DNA of 36,173 bases, from NCBI GenBank assembly GCA_000493965.1, contig AWNV01000030.1:1-36173 (forward strand), given 5' to 3'. Origin of the DNA: Candidatus Aminicenans sakinawicola JGI OTU-1. Its GTDB lineage: Bacteria; Acidobacteriota; Aminicenantia; Aminicenantales; Aminicenantaceae. Of the stretch, positions 17,047-25,487 are shown piece by piece (the first letter of the stretch is position 1; each line of letters starts with the position of its first letter). Below the pieces are notes generated by a model, which did no database searches, was not told the DNA's origin, and saw only the letters and a program-made list of their open reading frames with translations. The position numbers and the translations under genes were made by a program.

Positions 17047-18362
17047 GCACTCTTTTTGCGTTTCATGCTTGTAATTCTATCTTTTCCTAGACGAATCCAG
17101 TGAACCAGCGGAATGTTTGCGGGGCAAGAGTATTGACAGCACCCACATTCTACACAGTCTAAGATACCCCAATTTTCTGCCTCAGGCAAATTGTTGAACT
17201 TGACATATTTCATGAGCTGAGTAGCAACAAGATGCATAGGACAGTGGTCCGCACATCGGCCGCATTGAATGCAGTTGTATTCAAAAGAAGGCTTAGGTTC
17301 TTTCCATGATAAGATCCCCGAAGTCCCTTTGATGACAGGGACATCTGGAGTCCATTGTGTGAGGCCCATCATTGGGCCTCCCATTATCAGGACATTTACA
17401 TCTTCCTCAAACCCGCCGCAAAAATCAATTACGCTTTGAAAGAGACTTCCGATCCGGACGATCAGATTCTTAGGCTCTTTTATGCCTGCTCCGGAGACAG
17501 TGAGGCCTCTCTCATAGAGTGGCTTTCCCTGATTGATGGAATCCCAGATGGCCTTTGCTGTTCCAACGTTCTGGACCACAACCCCAACATCAAAGGGCAG
17601 CCCGCCTTTTGGGACTTCTCGGTTTAGAAGGGAATAAATCAAATTTTTTTCAGCTCCTTGGGGGTATTTTGTCTTGAGGGGAACAGCTTCTGCAGGGAAG
17701 CCATCTGTTTTCTTCTGGAAAAGCTCGAAAGCATCCTGCTTGTTATTTTCGATACCCACTATAATCCGTTTGGCCCCGGTGGCGATGCGGGCGAGTTCTG
17801 CTCCCTTAAGGATATCTTCTGTATATTCAAGCATTAGCCTGTAATCGGCTGTGAGAATAGGCTCGCATTCACAGCCATTTATTATAATTGTGTCAATGGG
17901 CTTATCTTTTGGTGGGGCAAGCTTCACGGCTGTTGGAAAGGCTGCGCCTCCGAGGCCTACTATCCCTGCCTCCCGGACCCTTCTGCAAATCTCATTCGGC
18001 TCCAAAGAGAAAGGATCTTTAACTCCCGTTATTTCGGGAGATAAACGGTCTTCTCCGTCGTTGGCAATAGTGACAGTTAAAACTGGCTTTCCAAGCGGGT
18101 GATTAAAGCCATCTACAGAGAGTACTTTTCCTGATACGCTCGCGTGTACAGATGCGGAAAAAAGTGATTTTGCTTCGCCGATTTTTTGTCCGAGAGATAC
18201 TTCGTCTCCTTTCTTGACTAACGGTTCAGCCGGGCTTCCAAAATGCTGATGGAGGGGAATATAGACTTTTTCAGGGGCAGGCATGGGTTCGAAGGGCTTA
18301 TCTGCTGTAAAGCTTTTGTCCTCGGGAGGATGAGTTCCATGCAGAAAAGTTTTTGATTTCAT
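17043..18362 (-). CDS. rnfC: Rnf complex subunit C (NADH-binding, two 4Fe-4S)
   Basis: GLGGAAFPT is the NADH/FMN-binding loop of RnfC/NuoF-like proteins. C-terminal ferredoxin motifs CIQCGRCADHCP and CVECGCCQYSCP are present. It is the first gene of the operon, and its 4-nt overlap with rnfD indicates translational coupling. Confidence 0.9.
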   Translation of the reverse strand: MKSKTFLHGTHPPEDKSFTADKPFEPMPAPEKVYIPLHQHFGSPAEPLVKKGDEVSLGQKIGEAKSLFSASVHASVSGKVLSVDGFNHPLGKPVLTVTIANDGEDRLSPEITGVKDPFSLEPNEICRRVREAGIVGLGGAAFPTAVKLAPPKDKPIDTIIINGCECEPILTADYRLMLEYTEDILKGAELARIATGAKRIIVGIENNKQDAFELFQKKTDGFPAEAVPLKTKYPQGAEKNLIYSLLNREVPKGGLPFDVGVVVQNVGTAKAIWDSINQGKPLYERGLTVSGAGIKEPKNLIVRIGSLFQSVIDFCGGFEEDVNVLIMGGPMMGLTQWTPDVPVIKGTSGILSWKEPKPSFEYNCIQCGRCADHCPMHLVATQLMKYVKFNNLPEAENWGILDCVECGCCQYSCPANIPLVHWIRLGKDRITSMKRKKSA

Positions 18363-18560
18363 CGTGTGAAGTATAAAAAAATTTAATGCTAAGTTTATTA
18401 ATTATACGGTGGTGTTGTCAACCCCAAAATTAAAAATTAAAGGTCCCTAATCTCTATTTCAAATTAGATTATTAAAATATTATTTTTGCGTTTTGTTCAT
18501 CACTCATGTAAGATAAGGGAAATTATTAGATGAGTTTTGAGACTGAAAAGGGAAGATAAT

Positions 18561-19694
18561 ATGGATATAGAAATCAGAGAAGTAAAAACACACAAGGAAA
18601 TGAAAAAATTTATCTACCTGCCTGAAAAAATTCATGCTGGAAGCGAAAACTGGGTTCATCCTATTTATCAGGATGAATGGAAATACTTTAATCCGGACAA
18701 GAACAAGGCCTTTTCCTTTTGCGAAACAGTTCTGTTGCTTGCCTATAGAGGAAAACATGTTGTTGGCAGGATAATGGGCATTATCAACAACCGGTATAAT
18801 GACAGCCGGAAGGAAAAGACAGCCCGGTTTGGATATTTAGAAACGTGGGAAGACCAGGATGTGGTCCGTTCTCTTCTATGTTATATTGAGGACTGGGCAC
18901 GAAAACAAGGAATGACAAGGGTCATCGGTCCATATGGTTTTACAGACCAGGATCCAGAGGGCTTTTTAATAGAAGGCTTTGAGAATCGTGCAACAATAGC
19001 CACTTATTATAACTTTGAATGGATGCCTGGACTTATAGAAGAACAAGGGTATGTGAAAGACATAGATTATTTTGTATATAAGCTTGAGGTTCCCAAAGTG
19101 ATTCCAGAATTTTACAAGAGGATTTACGAGAGAGTAAAAAGAAATGGGAGTTTCAAGGTTATTGAATTCAGCAAAAAAAAAGAAATCAAGAAGTGGATAA
19201 AACCGGTGCTTCATCTTATGAATGAATGTTATATTGGCAATAATATTTATGGATATGCTGCCCTTGATGAACAGGAAATGGAACAGTTAGCAAAGCGTTA
19301 CATGCCCATCCTGGACCCGAGGTTTTTAAAAGTTGTAACAAAGGATGATGACATTGTAGCCTTTGTCATCGGAATGCCTGACATGACTAAGGGCATTCAA
19401 AAAGCCAGGGGAAAACTTTTTCCTTTAGGGTTGTTTAAAATCCTGAGAGAGGTCAAGAAGACAAAACAGTTGGACTTACTGCTTGGTGCTGTTAAAGAGA
19501 AATACCGTGGACGTGGTATAGATGTGCTTATGGGGGTGAATATGCTTATGTCAGCCAGTGAAGCTGGCCTGGAAGTGATAGATACGCATCATGAGATGGA
19601 AGAGAATGTGAAGGTAAGGGCTGAAATGGAAAAGATGGGAGGGAAAACATATAAGCGCTTCCGTGTTTATGGGAAAAGCCTGCCTACCGAATAA
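18561..19694 (+). CDS. Hypothetical protein, possibly a GNAT-fold acyltransferase-like protein
   Basis: The ORF track starts at a TTG at 18537. The ATG at 18561 has the RBS AAAGGGAAG 6 nt upstream. A weak resemblance to acyl-CoA N-acyltransferase-fold proteins is pattern-level only (...HVVGRIMGIIN... and ...IVAFVIGMPD...). Confidence 0.4.
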   Translation: MDIEIREVKTHKEMKKFIYLPEKIHAGSENWVHPIYQDEWKYFNPDKNKAFSFCETVLLLAYRGKHVVGRIMGIINNRYNDSRKEKTARFGYLETWEDQDVVRSLLCYIEDWARKQGMTRVIGPYGFTDQDPEGFLIEGFENRATIATYYNFEWMPGLIEEQGYVKDIDYFVYKLEVPKVIPEFYKRIYERVKRNGSFKVIEFSKKKEIKKWIKPVLHLMNECYIGNNIYGYAALDEQEMEQLAKRYMPILDPRFLKVVTKDDDIVAFVIGMPDMTKGIQKARGKLFPLGLFKILREVKKTKQLDLLLGAVKEKYRGRGIDVLMGVNMLMSASEAGLEVIDTHHEMEENVKVRAEMEKMGGKTYKRFRVYGKSLPTE

Positions 19695-19849
19695 GAGGGC
19701 CGGCAAATTTGTATTTGTTTCATAATAATATAGGAGTATGAATGTTTGTGTTTGAACTTTTTTTTCTTCTATTATATTATCTTCACGCACTTGCAAACAT
19801 AAGATAACAAGCCATGTGATAATCATTTCTTCAAGCGGGAAGGGCTGTT

Positions 19850-20593
19850 ATGAGAACTAATAATCGAAATTTCGATGAATTAAGGCCGGTAACGATTATA
19901 CCCGACTACATATATTTTGCTGACGGGTCTGCTCTTATAGAAATTGGTAAAACCAGGGTTAGTGCAACGGCCACTATTGAAGAGAAAGTTCCCCTTTTTT
20001 TGAGAGGAAGCAATACGGGATGGATAACAGCCGAATATTCCATGCTTCCTCGTGCCACTAAAAAAAGAACTGTCCGCGAAAGAATACGTGGTCAACTTTC
20101 TGGCCGCACACAGGAAATTCAGCGTCTTATAGGGCGGGCTCTCCGTGCATCAACAGATCTCAGTGTTCTGGGTGAGAGAACAATTATCATTGATTGTGAT
20201 GTACTGCAAGCTGATGGAGGGACACGGTCAGCTTCTGTCACAGCCGGCTGCGTTGCGTTGGCCCTTGCACTGGAAAAAATGATGAGCGAGAATATCATCA
20301 ATGAGATGCCTTTGAGGAATTTGGTAAGTGCGGTCAGCGTAGGCATTGTTGCTGACAATATGCTTCTCGATCTTGATTATAAAGAAGACTCAAATGCAGA
20401 TATTGACATGAATGTAGTTGAAACAGACTCGGGTCAAATTGTAGAGATTCAAGCAACTGCTGAAAAAAATCCATTCTCAAAAAAGCAATTTGATGAATTA
20501 CTCGAGCTTGCCGATAAGGGAATAAAGGAACTTATCCATGTCCAGAAGGCGCTGCTTAAAAAAAAGAGCCTTCTTTTCATGGCTTATGGATAA
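19850..20593 (+). CDS. rph: Ribonuclease PH (tRNA nucleotidyltransferase)
   Basis: DELRPV, DGSALIEIGKTRV and IIIDCDVLQADGGTRSASVTAGCVALALA match the RNase PH family closely. The length of 247 aa fits. Confidence 0.9.
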   Translation: MRTNNRNFDELRPVTIIPDYIYFADGSALIEIGKTRVSATATIEEKVPLFLRGSNTGWITAEYSMLPRATKKRTVRERIRGQLSGRTQEIQRLIGRALRASTDLSVLGERTIIIDCDVLQADGGTRSASVTAGCVALALALEKMMSENIINEMPLRNLVSAVSVGIVADNMLLDLDYKEDSNADIDMNVVETDSGQIVEIQATAEKNPFSKKQFDELLELADKGIKELIHVQKALLKKKSLLFMAYG

Positions 20594-20620
20594 TTTTTTG
20601 TCAGCTAAGGAGAAAATTAT

Positions 20621-21562
20621 ATGAATCGCATATTAGTTACAGGAGGAGCTGGTTTTTTAGGAAGCCATCTATGTGAATCTCTCCTTAAAAAAGGAAAAGA
20701 TGTTATCTGCGTCGATAATTTTTTCTCGGGAAGCAAGGATAATATCCGCCACCTGTTTTCACATCCCTATTTTGAGTTGATCCGTCACGATATTATCCAT
20801 CCGCTCTTTGTGGAAGTTGATAAAATATACCATCTTGCCTGCCCTGCTTCCCCTCATCATTACCAGTATAATGCGATAAAGACAATAAAAACGAATGTTA
20901 TGGGCACCATAAACATGCTCGGCCTCACAAAAAGAATTAAAGCACGTATTCTTCTCACTTCCACTTCTGAAATCTATGGAAGTGCTGAAGTACATCCTCA
21001 ACCAGAAGTTTATTGGGGCAATGTAAACCCGATTGGTATCCGCAGCTGCTATGACGAAGGTAAAAGAGTGGCCGAAACATTGATGATGGATTATCACCGC
21101 CAGAATCGAGTCGACATAAAAATTGTCCGTCTTTTCAACACGTATGGTCCCAGAATGGCCTTAAACGATGGCAGGGTAATCAGCAACTTTATCGTCCAGG
21201 CGTTAAGAGAAGAGCCTCTTACTGTTTATGGGGACGGAAGCCAGTCGCGTTCTTTCTGCTACGTTTCAGACCTCATTAAAGCACTTCAGCTAATGATGGA
21301 AACAGAAGATTTTATTGGCCCGCTTAACCTGGGGAATCCCAAGGAATTCACCATCCTTGAACTGGCAGAAAAAATATTATACCTGACGAAAAGTTCTTCA
21401 AAAATCATTCATAAGCCTCTACCGCCGGATGACCCGGTACGACGCTGCCCTGACATTTCCCTGGCTAAAGAAAAACTAAACTGGGATCCTAAAATTGATC
21501 TGGATGAGGGACTGACAAGAACAATTGACTATTTCAGAGAAAAAATACACATAAATGCTTAA
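20621..21562 (+). CDS. UDP-glucuronate decarboxylase (UDP-xylose synthase), extended SDR family
   Basis: [14 protein letters not shown] is the NAD-binding GxxGxxG. DNFFSG, the YxxxK region and the overall 313-aa layout are typical of UXS/ArnA-decarboxylase-type enzymes. Confidence 0.85.
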   Translation: MNRILVTGGAGFLGSHLCESLLKKGKDVICVDNFFSGSKDNIRHLFSHPYFELIRHDIIHPLFVEVDKIYHLACPASPHHYQYNAIKTIKTNVMGTINMLGLTKRIKARILLTSTSEIYGSAEVHPQPEVYWGNVNPIGIRSCYDEGKRVAETLMMDYHRQNRVDIKIVRLFNTYGPRMALNDGRVISNFIVQALREEPLTVYGDGSQSRSFCYVSDLIKALQLMMETEDFIGPLNLGNPKEFTILELAEKILYLTKSSSKIIHKPLPPDDPVRRCPDISLAKEKLNWDPKIDLDEGLTRTIDYFREKIHINA

Positions 21563-21670
21563 AGACCTTTAAAAAAATAAAATAAAACTTTATAATACTA
21601 CTTTAAAACTTAGAAAAGTCAGTTTAAATAAACCGCCGCTTTTATTTAAAGGCGAATTGTCAAGGAGGTA

Positions 21671-23080
21671 ATGATGACATTTGTCTCCATTTTAATTTTA
21701 ATCGGAATCATAATTGTTATCCTTGTTTTACTATCGATTCTTATAGCGAAGCAGTATAGAAAAGTAGGGCCCAATGAAGTTCTTATTATATCCGGAGGAA
21801 GAAAAAGATCTGTACTCCAGCCTGACGGAACAAAGCGCAAAATAGGCTATCGCTATCGTTTAGGTGGGGGAACATTCGTCTGGCCATTCTTAGAAACAGT
21901 TGATATTTTACCAATCGACGTTATCAACTTGAGTATTAAGATTCCTGAAGTCCTAACCTATGGCGGAATACTCATTATGGCAGACGCTTCTGCGCAGGTC
22001 AAAATTAACTCGGATGAAAACTCCATACGCCTCGCTGCCGAGCAATTCTTGGGTACAGGGAAAGATGGTATCCGCGACATATCATCAACTATTCTTGAGG
22101 GGAAAACGAGAGCTGTTATTGGCACCATGACTGTTGAGGACATATACAGGGGAAGAGGCGAATTTGCAGACAAGGTGATTAAATCTGTGGAAAATGAATT
22201 CTACCGTATGGGACTGACTCTACTCTCCTTTGCCCTAAAAGAAATAAGCGATACCCAGGGATATCTTGATGCACTTGGCAAACCTCAAATTGCAGTAGCC
22301 AAGCGCGATGCCACTATAGCAGAAGCAGAGACTGAAAAAGAAGCAGTGATTAAATCATCCGCGGCCAGAAAAGAAGGAGAAGTTGCCCGCCTCAACGCCG
22401 ATGCACTCATTGCTAAGGCCCAGTGGGAAAACGAAGCAAAAAAGGCAGAATCTCAAGCCCAGGTAAACCAAAAGAAAGCCAGGGCAGATTTTGCTTATGA
22501 ACTCGAGCGTTCTTGTCTAAATCAAGACATTAAAAGAGAAGAAGCCAAGGTAAAACTTATAGAAAAAGAAGAATCTATTAAGCTTGAAACCCTGGAGATT
22601 ACACGAAGGGAGAAAGAACTCGACTCCAGCGTGATTAAACCTGCAGACGCTCGTAAATACCAGATAAAGGCTGAAGCTGAAGCCGAAGGATTCCGCATCC
22701 AGACTGAGGCCAAGGGAAAATCAGAAGCTCTCATGCTTGAAGCAAAGGCAGAAGCTGAAAAAATTAAACAAAAAGGTCTGGCCGAAGCCGAAATCATGCT
22801 GAGAAAAGCAAATGCATGGGAAAAATACAACCAGGCAGCAATCCTCGAAATCTATCTTAAAAGCCTTCCTGAGCTGGCAAGAGCTGTTTCCGAACCTCTG
22901 TCAAAGGTCGATAAAATCATCCTTGTCGGTGGAGATAAAGGTACAGGAGCAACAAAGATAACCTCTCAGGTAGCAGATATCCTTGCTCAGATGCCCGACG
23001 TAGTTGAATCATTAACAGGAATTGACCTGAAAAAATATTTCAAAGAAAAGCTAACGCCTGAAAAGAAAGAAGAATCTTAA
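21671..23080 (+). CDS. Flotillin-like SPFH/band-7 domain membrane protein
   Basis: An N-terminal TM helix is present. An SPFH domain follows. A long Ala/Glu/Lys-rich coiled-coil with EAEAE repeats is typical of flotillin FloA/YqiK. There is an AGGAGG RBS. Confidence 0.8.
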   Translation: MMTFVSILILIGIIIVILVLLSILIAKQYRKVGPNEVLIISGGRKRSVLQPDGTKRKIGYRYRLGGGTFVWPFLETVDILPIDVINLSIKIPEVLTYGGILIMADASAQVKINSDENSIRLAAEQFLGTGKDGIRDISSTILEGKTRAVIGTMTVEDIYRGRGEFADKVIKSVENEFYRMGLTLLSFALKEISDTQGYLDALGKPQIAVAKRDATIAEAETEKEAVIKSSAARKEGEVARLNADALIAKAQWENEAKKAESQAQVNQKKARADFAYELERSCLNQDIKREEAKVKLIEKEESIKLETLEITRREKELDSSVIKPADARKYQIKAEAEAEGFRIQTEAKGKSEALMLEAKAEAEKIKQKGLAEAEIMLRKANAWEKYNQAAILEIYLKSLPELARAVSEPLSKVDKIILVGGDKGTGATKITSQVADILAQMPDVVESLTGIDLKKYFKEKLTPEKKEES

Positions 23081-23101
23081 TTGTTGGCCGAGAAAGAACA
23101 A

Positions 23102-25453
23102 ATGATAGTATCAGATAAAGCAAATCAAATAGGCGAATCTCCCACTCTAAAGGTAACGGCTAAAGCAAAGGCCATGAAGGCTTCAGGTGTCGATGTTATA
23201 GACCTGAGTGTAGGCGAGCCGGATTTCCCTACACCCGAGAATGTGAAATCAGCCGGGATAAAAGCCATAGAGGAAAACTTTACAAAGTATACCCAGGTTG
23301 ATGGAATCCCACCGTTAAAAGAAGCAATCATAAGCAGGATGAAGCAAGATCTGGGCCTGACATATGAAAAAAATGAACTCATTGTCTCCTCTGGCGCAAA
23401 GAGTGCCCTCTATCATCTTATGCTTGCCCTGGTAAACGAAGGCGATGAAGTCATCATTCCCTCTCCTTACTGGGTTACTTATCCGCATGCTGTTTCGCTT
23501 GCAAAGGGGAAAGCAGTAATCATTCCAACCAAAGAAGAAAACGGCTTTCTGCTTACTCCGGAGCAGTTGGAATCAGCTATCTCTCCTGCAACAAAAGCCG
23601 TTCTTTTGAACAACCCTTCCAACCCCACAGGAGCTGCATATCAAAAACATGACCTTGAAGCTCTTGCAGACATTGTTCTGGAAGAAAATATCTACGTTAT
23701 TGCAGACGAAATATACGAAAAACTTATCTTCGACGACTTTCACTTTGTGAGTTTTGCATCTCTTGGAGAAGACATAAAAAAGAAAATAGTTATTATCAAC
23801 GGGGTTTCAAAGGCCTATTCAATGACCGGATGGCGGATAGGCTATGCGGCAGGCCCTTCAGAAATCATAAGTGCAATGGCCAGGATTCAGAGCCACACGA
23901 CATCCAATGCCTGCTCGATTTCCCAAAAGGCAAGCCTGGAAGCACTCAGCGGACCCCAGTATGAAATTTCAAAAATGGTTTCAGAATTCCAGAGGCGAAG
24001 GAATTACGGCTTGATGAGACTCCAATCTATTCCTAATATTTCCTGTTCTAAGCCAAAAGGAGCTTTCTATCTTTTCCCCAATGTTTCTTCTTGCTACGAA
24101 AAAGAATTCAATAATGTCCTGATCCGCAACTCCTACGGCCTTGCGTATTACTTACTAAAAGAAGCCAAAGTCGCAGTCGTTCCTGGAGATGCTTTTGGCA
24201 ATGATGATTATATCCGCATATCCTATGCAACATCCATGGAAAACCTTGAAAAGGGCATGAACAGAATCATTGAAGCTTTATCCCGCCTGAAGACAGCCAA
24301 AAGGGTCAAGCGTATTCGCTTAAACAATACTCAAACCAGGATAAAAAAATCCGTCCCTATCGATTCCTCTATATCCGTACAGATGAGAGATGCACTTACA
24401 TCTGAAATGGAAACACATATCGGTTATGAGAACTATTTTGAGTGGAATGCAAACATTAACGGAGTCATTGTGCAACTGCGTACAAATGTATCCCACCTGT
24501 ATGATTTCTGGGTTGAGAACTGGTATCCAGCCCAGCTTGAAGCAGACCTGGAACCCCATGGCATTATTTACGCTATAGACGGGATATCAGGGAGAGAACC
24601 GCGCTCTTTTTACAATTCTGAGACTAAAACAGGCATACTTGTTAACACAGATAACTACGGGCCGTTACGCAGCCTCGCTCTCGGTCTTGTTGCGGATGTC
24701 TCTGAAAGGCTTTTCAAGGTTCATACGATACGGGGGATGTCTGCAGACATGGAAGGAGATGGCTTGATTCTTGTCGGACCAAAAGGAACCAAGAAAACCG
24801 AACTGTTTTTATCCCTGCTTCAGGATAAGAGATTCCGTCTGCATGCTAACGACATTGTTTTTGTCCGTTTTTCAGGAGTAACAGCGCTGGCTGATTCTTC
24901 TGAAAGAAAATTTTATATGCCTACAAACACAGTGCAATCCCTTCCCAAATTGGCATCTCTATTTGACAACAGCAAATGTGAAAATGTTATTACACGAAAA
25001 GAAGACTGTCAAAACGATAAGTGCCTGCAGCTCGATGACTGCAGACTCGACAGGGGTTCCCCATTTTGCTACGAGGCAGCAAAAAACTCCTATTCAATGC
25101 TTGACCCCTACTGGATCGAAGGCCCGGCAAAACACGTAAAACGTACGGTTCTCCGGTGGATATTTATCCTTCGCTGTGATACGGTCTCTCCACCTTTTGT
25201 AAAGATGGACCCCGAAGACGCTTTGCGCACTCTTGAGTATGGTGAAAGCATTGGAATCAAGAAAGACATCAGCGCATCCAAAAGCCAACCATATTACAAC
25301 CCGCATCTTCTGGTGACAACTGGAGAGCGAATGGAATTTCAAAAGAATTTCTTCAGGCGCCTTCTCGAAAATATACCCTGCTATTTATTCAACAGCGGAG
25401 CAGCTTCAGCAGAGGATATAAAGCGCATAGTGTCGGGAGAAGATAAGACTTAA
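23102..25453 (+). CDS. Fusion protein: an N-terminal class-I aspartate-type PLP aminotransferase (about 395 aa) joined to a C-terminal degenerate PEPCK/HprK-superfamily P-loop domain (about 385 aa)
   Basis: The N-terminus has LSVGEPDFPTP, NPSNPTG and GVSKAYSMTGWRIGY, where the SKAY lysine is the PLP Schiff-base Lys. The C-terminus has HTIRGMSADMEGDGLILVGPKGTKKTELF, which aligns with E. coli PckA [29 protein letters not shown]. The P-loop Gly is replaced (GPKGTKKT versus GxxxxGKT). LHANDIVFV replaces LIGDDEHGW. The NTGW-equivalent reads YLFNSGAA. It is a single uninterrupted ORF. The ORF track starts at a TTG at 23081, and ATG 23102 is preferred. Confidence 0.75.
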   Translation: MIVSDKANQIGESPTLKVTAKAKAMKASGVDVIDLSVGEPDFPTPENVKSAGIKAIEENFTKYTQVDGIPPLKEAIISRMKQDLGLTYEKNELIVSSGAKSALYHLMLALVNEGDEVIIPSPYWVTYPHAVSLAKGKAVIIPTKEENGFLLTPEQLESAISPATKAVLLNNPSNPTGAAYQKHDLEALADIVLEENIYVIADEIYEKLIFDDFHFVSFASLGEDIKKKIVIINGVSKAYSMTGWRIGYAAGPSEIISAMARIQSHTTSNACSISQKASLEALSGPQYEISKMVSEFQRRRNYGLMRLQSIPNISCSKPKGAFYLFPNVSSCYEKEFNNVLIRNSYGLAYYLLKEAKVAVVPGDAFGNDDYIRISYATSMENLEKGMNRIIEALSRLKTAKRVKRIRLNNTQTRIKKSVPIDSSISVQMRDALTSEMETHIGYENYFEWNANINGVIVQLRTNVSHLYDFWVENWYPAQLEADLEPHGIIYAIDGISGREPRSFYNSETKTGILVNTDNYGPLRSLALGLVADVSERLFKVHTIRGMSADMEGDGLILVGPKGTKKTELFLSLLQDKRFRLHANDIVFVRFSGVTALADSSERKFYMPTNTVQSLPKLASLFDNSKCENVITRKEDCQNDKCLQLDDCRLDRGSPFCYEAAKNSYSMLDPYWIEGPAKHVKRTVLRWIFILRCDTVSPPFVKMDPEDALRTLEYGESIGIKKDISASKSQPYYNPHLLVTTGERMEFQKNFFRRLLENIPCYLFNSGAASAEDIKRIVSGEDKT

Positions 25454-25487
25454 GGCTAAATCCAATATATATTAATGGCATATTGAA

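Noticed and set aside
21563-21670. Possible terminator after the UDP-glucuronate decarboxylase gene
   Set aside because: Only a weak 4-bp CGCC/GGCG stem is present, with no U-tract. It does not meet the standard for an intrinsic terminator.
22300-22900. A repetitive GAAGC/GCAGAAGC region suggestive of a DNA repeat array
   Set aside because: It encodes the Ala/Glu/Lys-rich coiled-coil of flotillin. The periodicity is at the protein level. It is not CRISPR and not a VNTR.
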